Positions 7,469-17,400 of a stretch of DNA of 18,793 bases are shown here, piece by piece. This DNA comes from Prasinococcaceae sp. CCMP 1430 (Eukaryota > Plantae > Prasinodermophyta): contig RQSC01000025.1 in assembly GCA_013416795.1 (NCBI GenBank), forward strand, positions 134,991 to 153,783. Reading direction: 5' to 3'. How positions within the stretch are numbered: the stretch's first letter is position 1; each line of letters starts with the position of its first letter. A program made the position numbers and the translations under genes. The notes below the pieces were generated by a model. It was given only the letters and a program-made list of their open reading frames with translations, ran no database searches and was not told the origin of the DNA.

Positions 7469-8200
7469 TGCTCGCGTCCTGACGCTCTCGCTGTCGAACG
7501 CAGGTGGGCAAGTCGGGCCTGACGGACGGGCTATGCAAGCGGGTGGACGATTACCTCGAACGCTACGAGCTGTGCAAGGTGAAAGTGCTCGACACGTCGC
7601 CCGACGGGCTCGCTGATGTAGCCGCGGAACTCTCTGAGCGCCTCGGGGCCAAAGTCGTGCTTACTATCGGCCGCGTCGCCACGCTCGAGCGAAGCCGGCT
7701 CGTCGAGGGGGGCAAGCGACGCGGTGGCGGCGCGCGGCAGAAGGCCTCGCGCGTCGACCCGAAGATCTGGTCAAAGGATGTGCTGTGGAGTGTCCACCTG
7801 CCATTCGAGCGATTTGCGGAGGTGCGCGCCGCGGCGCACGCGCGCGGCCGCGTCCGAGGGGCTCCCCACCACCCGCGCTCTGGTGTGCGCGCACCATGTG
7901 AGCTGACGCGCGCGCTCTCGCCGCCGCTGTCGCCACCGCCGCGCCGTCCGACTCTCTCTCCCACGCGCTCTCGGACACCAGCTTGGTGAGGACGCACACG
8001 AAGACGAGGAGGGCAGCCTAGGCAACGCGCTGGCGGCCGACTCGCGCACGGTCACGCACGAGATCGAAGGCGGCGCGCGACGCGTGCACGAGATGGGCGA
8101 GGACCGCGACGGCGCAAGCCAAAGCCTCGAGGAGATGTTTAATAGCACACCGTGGCTCTCCATCGTCGAGGAGGACGGCTCCGTCGAGAGTCGGTTCTGA
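7030..8200 (+). CDS. yhbY: Single CRM (CRS1/YhbY) domain RNA-binding protein; exons (7030/7051)-7293, 7504-7821, 7982-8200; start codon uncertain
   Basis: Spliced core RRNALRESIKHNPIQ|VGKSGLTDGLCKRVDDYLERYELCKVKVLDTSPDGLADVAAELSERLGAKVVLTIGRVATLER matches the YhbY/CRM pattern (IGKxG...ID..LE..ELIKVKVL...A..L....GA.VV..IG). Both introns are phase 0 with GT/CTGAC/AG. The last exon is 73 codons ending in TGA at 8198-8200. Symbol is family-level. Confidence 0.85.
7294..7503 (+). other. Spliceosomal intron (210 nt) containing the poly-C tract
   Basis: CAG|GTGCGT donor, CTGAC at 7479-7483, ACGCAG acceptor. Splicing restores the CRM domain (IQ|VGKSG). Confidence 0.9.
7427..7467 (+). repeat. Poly-C homopolymer (41 nt), intronic
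   Basis: Counted directly. Confidence 0.95.
7822..7981 (+). other. Spliceosomal intron (160 nt)
   Basis: GAG|GTGCGC donor, CTGAC at 7903-7907, CACCAG acceptor. The downstream exon is open in phase 0. Confidence 0.8.
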
Positions 8201-8440
8201 GCTGGGCAGCGCTGCCGGCGGACGGTTCTGCGGGCGCGCGGGCGAGCTTCGACGCAGGCGCGCTTTGCAATGCCGCTCGCCTTCACCTGTACCATACACA
8301 TGTCTAGCTAGACTCGAGCGCGCGGCCAGCGCCTTCGCTCGCTGGCTAAGATTCTCTCTAGTTCCTACTTCTGGCTACGTTGCAGAGCCCCACCTGTCCA
8401 GCTCTAGCTCGCGGAGGGCGTGGCCCCACGCCTGTGCCGA

Positions 8441-11400
8441 CTACCGCCACTTGGGGGTGCTCCTCGTTTTGGCGGCTTTCTCCTTTCGCTTGACGAGCCA
8501 TGCGGTCGTGTCGAAGGCAGACGACCTGTGCTTGCGCTGTGCGGCATCGGTGCCGAACGTGCGTGGCACCGGCTCCGGCCTTCGCTGGGGACGGCCGTGC
8601 GCGCCCGACGCCCGCGAAGGCGACCCCGCGCGCCGTCCGCCGCGCCCCCTCGTCGCAGGCGTCTCCGCGCTTAGCGTCGCCGCTGTGTTCGCGTCGAGCG
8701 CGACCAGAGCGCCGTCTCCGACATCTCGCACCAGCTGCGCGCGCCGCGGCTCGGCCTCGTTGCGTTCGAGCTCAGCAAGCTCACGCTCGCAGTTCTCAGT
8801 AGCCATGCGCGCGAGCTCGGCGCGCGCGGCCGCATCACTCGCAGCCACCTGATGTGCGGCCGCCACCTCGGCCGAGGCCTGAGCGAACAGATGCACAGAG
8901 CAGCGCGTTCAGCGGAGTCAGACTGGCAGAAGAAAGGCAGGCTTTTGCGGGACTGCGCGCGCACCGCGCGCGCGCGCTCGCTGGTACGCACGAGCTCGGC
9001 CGCATCTCAGCACTCACCTCGAGCTTTGCCCGAGCCAGCGTCGAAGCCACGCGCGTCATCTGACGCTTAGCAGCAACCTCCGCCACCATTTCCGCCGACC
9101 GCTCGGCGGCCTTGACCATCTCCGCCGCGAGCTCCTCCCAGGCGGCAGCCACGCCCGCCTCGGCATCGGCCCGCGAAGCCTCGGCACTTTCGCGCGCCTC
9201 TGCAAGGTTTCGGCGCGCATCGCTGGCCGCCTGCGCGTCGGCACTCGCCGCCGCGCGCGCCTGGGCGAGCGCATCGCCCAGCGTGCGTTCCTCCGCCTCG
9301 ACCGCCTGGACCTCTTCCGCGATGTTGCCTGCTTCGCGCTCGGCCTCGCGCGCGGCATCACGCGCTGCGTCGGCCGCCGCGTCCGCGGCCGTGGCCATGG
9401 CTGACGCGACGGCACTCCGCGCGGCCGCAGGTGCCCCTCCCGCGCTCACGTGCGCATCCGCCGCCGCTCGCCCGGCCTTGAGCATTGCGCGCAAGCCCTC
9501 GTGCTCCGAAGCGCGCAGAGAGGCCCGAATCTCGTGGCTCTGGGCCAGCATGCAGAACGAGTGTACGCGCACGAGGACCCGCTCCGCCTCGTCTCGCCTG
9601 AAGCCGGCGACGTGCACCTCGACGCTCTCGGCGATCATTCCGTCGGCCCCGTTGGTGTCTGGCTGTGCCTCCCCGTCGTCCGCCACTTCTGTGGGCGCCG
9701 CACTGGGCACGGCTGCGGCGGCGTGCAGCAGCCCCGCGGCCGTGGCTGCCGCTGCCCTGGCCTCGGCCTCGGCGTGAGCGAGCGCAAGCTCCGCTGTCTG
9801 GGCAGCCGCGCCGGCGCCGGCCAGCGCAGCGCGCGCCAGTGTGCACGACGCCCCGAGCGCGTCCTCCGCGCCCGGCCCACTTGGGTCGCCTCCTTCGTCC
9901 AGGGCGGCCTCGCCCTCGCGCTCGAACGAGCGCGCGCAGCCTTCGGCCGCAGCCTCGATTGCGAGGGACGAGGAGTGCGCCGCTTGCGCACGAGCGCTGG
10001 CGAGCTGCGCCGCACGCAGTGCAGAGGCGCACTCCCGTGCCCGTTTCTGAGCGCTCTCGGCCGCGACATTGGCTGCGAGCACGGACGCGGCACCCTCTGG
10101 GAGCTCCGCCTCGGCCCTCTTGACAGCGAGCTCCATTGCTGAGGCACGCGCGTCCAGCTCCGCACAACGCTCCCTAGAGGCTTTCTCGGGCGCAGTATAG
10201 ATGACGCGCGCGCGCTCGCGCGCCTGCGCAAGCTTTGCCTCCGCGGCGTGCATGGCCTCGAGCCGCTCGTCGGCCCGTATCCTCGCAGCGCAGAGGTCCT
10301 CGCTCGCGCGCTTTGCGCGGTCCGCGAGAGCGCGGTGAACGCCGCGGCACTCTTCAAGCTTCCCTGCGGCGGTATCGAAGATCGCCTGCGCATTGGCCAG
10401 GGCGCGTGCGGCTGCCAGAGCCTCCCCGTCGGGCCCGTCGTCGCCGGCGCCCTCGCTCCGGGTACGCCCTCTGCTCGCCGCGGACGCCTCCTCAATTGCT
10501 TCCAGCGCGCGCGCGTTGGCCCGCGCCATCGCCACGGCCGCAGAGCTCGCCGCCTCGCGTGCGGCGCGCGCCCGTTCGTGCGCCTGGTTGGAAGCGGTGA
10601 AGGCGGTCTGCGCGCGCGCGATGGCACCCTGGTGTTCGTCGTCGGCCAGGCGCAGGGCCGCGCGCAGGCCGGTGACAGTGCGCCACGCGGACGCGGACTG
10701 CGCGACCTTCTCCGATGCGAGCCTGAGTTCATCCTCGCCCAGCGCGGCCGTCTCAGCTGCGGCGTCGCGCTCGGCCCTGCGCGCCATGGCCTTGTCAAAG
10801 TTGTGCCTCGCCTCGGCGCGGTCGCGGCACGCGCACGCTCTGTCGAGCTCCTCGCAGGCAGCCTGCCACACCCTGTGCGCTCGCTCCCTCCTTGCGCGCG
10901 CGCTCGTGACGCCCTCCGTGGCTGCGTTTACCGACCCTTGCGCCTCGTTGCGCGCGCGCAGTGCGCTCGCCGCCGCCGCCAGCGGCGACCCGTCAGCCGC
11001 GAGCTTGTCTGTGTCGGCCTGGTACAGCGACCTCGCCTCGTCCAGCTCTGCCGCCTTGGCCTTGAGGTCGTCCTTCGCCATGCGCAGAGCAGTCTCGACG
11101 ACCTCGACATTGGCGCGGGCCGCGCGCACGGCCTCATCGTGCGCGCGACACTTCTTCGCCGCATCGGCGGCGTCCTCGGTCGCCCGGCGTAGCAGGCGGT
11201 CGCTCTCAAGGCTTGCCATGACGATGGCCGCAGCGGGCGCCCAGGATGCCCCGGCGACGCGCGCGTGCTCCGTCTTCATCTCGTCGGCGAGTATCTGGGC
11301 GCGCCCCTGGGCGTCCCGGAGCGCGTTCTCCGCGAGGGTCGCAGCGCGGCGAGCATCTGCCTCGCGAACGTCAGCCTCGCCCGCGGCGACCGCCGCGTGC

Positions 11401-14400
11401 TCTGCGGCCAATCCTGCCGCCTCCTCGGCTTTGGTGGCAGCGGCCAGCGCGCGCTCCGTCTCCTCTCTGGCAGCGAGGGCCGCTCCGGCGATGCCAACCT
11501 CGGTGCGAGTGTCTGTGAGCTGGGCGAGCGATGCGGCGGCAGCCTCCTCCATCTCTTTGACCTTCTGACGCTGCTCGTCCACGCGTCGCCTCGCCTCATC
11601 CGACCTTTCGGAGGCGGCCGCGAGAGCTACAGCGAGACCGTCGGCGCGCTCCTCGACCAAGCGCAGCTCCTCGACAGCGAGCGCGTGCCGCTCCGAGGCG
11701 GTCTCCAGAGTCGCGTGCGCCCTTCTCGTTGCATCTTCGGCGTCGTATATCGCGGCCAGCTTCGAAGAGCGCACGGCGTCGACTTCGGCCTTGTGAGTCT
11801 CCTCGACGATCATGAGCCGCTTAATGATCGCGGCCGAGCGCCTGGTCCTGTCGTCCCGGGCTCCGCTCGCCGCGTCGGCGGCAGCGCGGCAGCGCCGCGC
11901 GGCATCCATGCACTTCCTCAGGTCTGGCGGCAGGGGCACCCTGGCGCTGCCGCCGGCACGTTTCGCCCCCCGAGCCGCCCCTGCTCTGCCGGTGGGATGC
12001 CCGCCTCCGGAGCGCTTGTCGGCCTTCTTGAGCTGCTCGAACCTCCCGCGCGCCTCGCTCACGCGCGCCTCCGCCTGGGTGGCCGTGGCATCGAGCTCGA
12101 CCAATTTGGCTCCGAGCTTTTCAGCCTCCGCGCTGAGCGTCCCAACCTTCGCGCGCAACTCGGCGGCCTCCTCCTCCGCCTCCTCGCGCCGTTCGAAGAT
12201 GTGGGCGATCTTTTCAACGTCACTCGTCTGCTCGGCGCCCATCTCGGCCATGAGCGCGTCGCAGTTGGCCTCGGCGAGCGTCACCGTCTTGGACGCAGCC
12301 TCAACGGACTCCTCACGCTCCGTGACACTTGCCTTGGCGACGCGCGCGGCCTCGACGCCCTCCGCATGCGCCACGCGCGCGGCCGCCTCCAACTCGCGCT
12401 TGGACGCGTGCGAGGCCGCCAGGGCCTGCAATGTATCGCGCTCTATGGCCGCCCGAGCGCCCATCGACTCGATCCTACCACGCAGGCGGGACACCCGCTT
12501 CATGGTGGTGCTGTTGACTTTGGGGCGCCCGACCGCCTCGGACGCGTGCTCGGCTGCTGAGCGCGCCAGCTGTAGGTCAGCCTTCGCACGCTCCCACTCT
12601 CCCTGCATTTTCTCACGCTCGACGCGCGCGCGCTCCAGCTCCTGCGCGGCGCGTGTGGCATCCTCCGCCGTGCGGTCCCTCTCGCTTTGGGCGGATGCCA
12701 GTCCTTTGACGTGGTTGGCCTCCTCGACGCGCCTCTGCTCGATCTCGAGCACGCGTTGCACGACGAGATCGACGTCGGCGTACAGCAGCGCCTCGCGGCA
12801 TCGCTCCACGCGCGCCTTCGCCTGCCCCAGCTGTTGTGCGGTGCACACGTCGTTCTCGGTAGCGCGCTGCATTGCGCGGGTCGCCCCCCTCAGCGTCGCA
12901 TTTGCGCGGCGCTTGTCGGCGGCCGCGCGGTCACGGAGCGCATCGACCGCCGCATGGGCATTCGAGGCGGTCTTCCTGGCTGTATCGCGCGCGTCCTCGG
13001 CAGCTGCACGCGCCCGCTCCAACGCAGCGCCGCGCTGCACCTCTGCATCACATGCCAGCCTGGCAGCGTCGAACTGGCGCTGCGCGTCGTCGGCGAGACG
13101 TAGCGCGCCCTCGTGCGCAGCTTGAGCAGCTCGCAGCACCTCGTGGCGCGATTCCTGGCGCCTGACGGTTTCGACGGCGTCCGACATGGCCGCCGCGCCA
13201 AATCCTGTCTGCATGCGATCCGTGGCATCCTTGAGCGCGTCGCGCGCAGCGCGCACGGCCGACACGTCGGCTTGCTCGCGATTGCGGGCCGCGTCGGCTT
13301 CGCCCTCGGCGTCGCGCGCTCGGAAGACCAGGGCGTTGCAGCCAACCAGCTCGACCCACACGAGCCAAAGCGGCCCGCCGGTAGCCCCCGTCGGGCCCGA
13401 AGGGAGGCCACGCTCGCGGGCCGCGGCAGCACCGCCGAACCCACCGTAAGCCTCCCACTCCATCGAGCTGCCATCGTCGCCACCGGCCTCCAATGCGTCG
13501 CTCGTCGCAACAGCGAGCGTGTTCGAGACGGCCGCGCGCTCCTCGGCGCTGGCGAGCTCGCATCGCGCACTCTCGAGCTCGGCGGTCGCGTGCGTGCGCT
13601 CCCGAACGAGTTCTTCGAGCGTCGATTCGGCGGTGGCCATGTCGCCATGAAGGGCGTCCAGCCGCGATGTCAATTCCCGGAGGCTGATCAGAACGCTCTC
13701 TGGTGACTCGGGCGTGAGTGCCGCAGTATCTGCTGCGGCCGCCCGCGCGCTCGCGAGCGCGGCCTCGGCGATGCCCTTCGCAGCGTGTGCAGCAGCGAAG
13801 TCGCGCCGGTGGTCCGCCTGATTGGGGCGGGCCTCGGCCTCGCCGTGGGCTCCCGCGACTGCGCTCGAATCAACCTCGACCTCCGGCGCGGTCGCCGTCT
13901 CGATCAAGTCGGACGCGACGCCCGTGATCCAGCCGAGGGCCAGCTCGGCTTCTCGGAGGGCGCGCGTGCGCTCGGCGCGCTGCGCTATCGCGCGCTCTGC
14001 GTCCTGCAGCAATCCCGCCGAGTCGAGGGCGCGCGCCTCGTGTAGGCACTCGCTCAGAGCGGCGCTCATCTCGGCGTCGTGCGTCTCGGCGCGCAGCGCA
14101 TGCAGCGCGCTCTGTTGCGCGCGAATGCTGGCATCAAGCGATGCGACTCTGTCCGCCGCCGCGACCGCTGCACTGCGCTTTGCGTCGGCAACGGAGCGGT
14201 CGGCAGCTGCGACCTCCAGAGCGCTCTTGGCGACGCCCCTCTCCGCAAATACCTTCGCCGCGACCTGCTTGCGCAGGCACGCATACGTTATGTCCTCGTG
14301 TGTGCCGCTCATGAGCCCAGACACGGCGTCCGCCTGCTGGGCCGCATCCGCCGCGACGTGCGACGCGTGCTCCGTGCGCCCTCGCAGAAGGGCGACGTCG

Positions 14401-17400
14401 AGGGTCGCGTCGGCGGCGAGCTCCTGCAGCGCGTCTGCTCGGCCGTTGGCCTCCCTGAGCGCCTCTCGCGCTCGCCCCACCTCACGGGACGCCTCGCTCG
14501 CGCGCCGCGACATCTCACAGAGGGGCCAGAGCGCGGCCACGCCCGCCCGCATCACGTGCTGACCGAGCCTTTCGGCCAGCGCGATCGCCGCGACCTCCGA
14601 CGGCGTGGGGGACTCCGACGCGAGTGCGGCCTCGAGGGCAGCCGCGTGCACCCCGCTGGCCTCGTCAAGGCGCGCTGCGGGGTCGTCTGAAGGCCCGAAC
14701 GCATCGCTGCCCTCGCCCGTGGCCTCGCAGGCGATGTGCTCGACCTCTGCGTCGTGCATGGCACGCGCGGCGCGCAGAACGACCGCGTCGGCGTCGAGCC
14801 TCCGCGATAGCTGAAGCGCCCGGCACGCGCTCGCGATCTTGCCGCCCCGCAGAGTGGCCTCTAGCCTGTCCGCGAGGGCGGCCTGTCCGCGCGCGAGCGA
14901 TTCGGCCACCTCCGCTTGCTCGGCCAGCGCGTCTGCGAGGGCCACCGAGCGGCGGCTCGCCTCGGAACCGACCTCCTCGTCGCTTGCCGTCGTCGCGGCG
15001 GCATCCGCCTCGGTCTTGGCACGGGCCGCCTCATCAGCGCGGACGGCGCACACGGCGCGCAGGCCCAACGCCGCCGTGACGAGATCCTCAATGGCCCTGC
15101 ATCCGAGCGCGCGCGGCGCCTCGGCCTCGTCCCGCGAGGCCCTCAGCGCCACCTCCGTCGACGCCTGGTCCGTGAGCGCCGAGGCAAGCGCCTCGCCGCA
15201 GCGATTCGCCTCGCGCCTCGCCTGATCAGCGGCCTCGGCCCGCTCGCGGCGCGTCTCGTCCGCCGCCGCCAGCCGCGTCCTCCACACCCCCGCCTCCGCG
15301 GTCGCGCGCTTGTTGCGCTCGGACTGCGCCGAGCGTACTACTTTGGCCACCGCGCACGTCGTGGCCAGCAAGTCGCCCTCGAGCTGCGCCTTCAAAACGG
15401 ACGAGACGCGCTCGCCGAGCGTCGGATCGGGGGAGGAGCGGTCGAGCCACGCGCGCACGGAGGCCGCAGCCGCGCACGCGGAGCAGAAGTCCCCGAGGCT
15501 GAGCAACTGGGCCATGCGAGCCGCGTGGCCCGCCGCGCGTTCGGCTCCCGTGCGGCGCTCGTCGCCGCCGCGCGCCCACGCGGCCTTCCTCTCGGTCTCG
15601 TTTGAGCTGCGCCGCGCGCCTGCCGCACGGACCTCGGCATTGACCTCTCGCACCCGCGCGAGCGCCGCCTCGCGGTTGGCGGTGGCGGCGCTGAGCGCGT
15701 GCCTCGCGTCGCGCGCTTCCGCGAGGGCGGCCAACAGCCGCTGCTCGTTGGGCGCCTGCACCTGCGCCCTGGCCGACCTGGCGGCGGCCACGGCCGCATC
15801 CAGCGCGCTCTGCCGCGACGCGAGCCGCGCCTCCGCGACGTCCAGTGCCGCGCCCGCTTGGCCGTCGCGCCCAAGACGCTCCGCCGACCGCTGGATGTGG
15901 AGGCGCCGCCGCGAAGCCTGCGCGAGCGCCTCGAGCGCCGCTTGGTGCCTGGCCCCGGCCTCTTTCAGCGCCGCGAAGGCGACGGCCTTCGCGTCCTGCG
16001 CAGCGGCGCATGCCTCCTGGGCCAGCGAGACCCGGCGGCGGGCGTCCAGGGGCTTTCTAAGCTGAGATGAGCTCTGCACGGCGGCCTCGTGCGCGGACAG
16101 CCGCTGCCTGAGGGATCGCACGCGCGCCCTCTGCACCTCGAGCGATTCCTTGGCCTTCTGTAGGAGGTCGGCGCAAGCGTTGGCCTCCACGGTGAGCGGC
16201 CACGCCGAGGCAGGATCGGAGGCGCGCGCGAGTGAGAGCTCCCTCGCTGCGTGCGAGGCCTCCTGGGCGCGCTTGGCGAGCTGTGCGACGCGCTTCGCCT
16301 CGATCCGCTCGCCGTCGGCGATGGCCTGCACGCGGCGGAGAGGTCCCGGAGAGAGGCGCGCGCGCGACGGCCGGTCAGCCGCGCGCGCAGCCGCTGGGGC
16401 GCACGCGCGCATTCGACGTCGACGCAGTCGTGGCGCGCGCAGGGGCGAGCGCCAGCGTACCTCGCGAGCCTGTGATGCTTCCAGCTCGGCCTGCTCGAGC
16501 GGCGCGAGGTCGGTCTTCGCGAGCGCTTCCTGCGCGCGTCCGAGCTCCTCCGAGGCGAGGCTGACGCTCGCGGCCGTCGCCTTCGCCTCGGCGTCCGCGG
16601 CCTCGAGCGCCAGCGCTGCGGCCGATGCGTCATCACGGCGCCTGTCTTCCTCCGCCTGCCGGTCGGAGAGCCCTTCGACGAGGGCGCGCGCGACGAGCGC
16701 CTCCCTCGCATCGAGCGCCCTGGTCCGCCGCGCCTCGTCCAGCGCCTCGCGCGCGCGCGCCTCCTCCGCCTCGGCCGCGTCGATCCTCTCTGCGAGCGCC
16801 CGCACGCGCGCGGCGAGGGCGGTCTCGCGCCCCGATCCCGCGCCGCCGCCGCCATCGAGGGCCGCCACCACCGCACGCGTGCGCGCGACGGCGGCGCGCG
16901 CGAGTCTCTCCTCCTCGACCAGCCGCATCATCGCAAAGCCGTCGAGGCTGAGCTCGTTGTTGACCCCTCTCTGGAGCGCGTCGGCTTGCGCGGCTGCCTC
17001 GTCGTCGCGCTCGGCGCGTCCCTGCTCGTCCGCGGCCGCGCGGATGGCGGCGAGCGCGCTCTCCTCCAACCGCGTGCGCTCGGTGCGCTCGAGCGCTGGG
17101 GTGGCGCACGCCACGGCCATCGCCTCGACGAGCAGGACGGCCTCCCGCGACTCCGCGTCTGCGCGCAGGCTCGCCTCGCGCGCGGCGTGCGCGTCGACCT
17201 CGCGCTGGCGCTGCTCGATCGCACGCAGCGTCGCCGCCGCGGCGCGGACGGGGGCGCCACCATCCGCGCCGGCCGCCACCGAGCGCGAGGACAAGGCCCG
17301 GGCCAAGGGCAGGGCCGCGGCGAGCGCCGACCGCGACGCGACGCAGGCGTCGGCGGCTCCAGCGAGCTCATCGACGGCGGCGCGCGTGGCGCAGTGCCGC

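Noticed and set aside
8298-8318. Cluster of palindromes (ACATGT, GTCTAGCTAGAC, CTCGAG) between convergent genes
   Set aside because: A 12-bp palindrome in a 3' intergenic region is not backed by terminal inverted repeats, a target-site duplication or a second copy. Insufficient to call an element or terminator.
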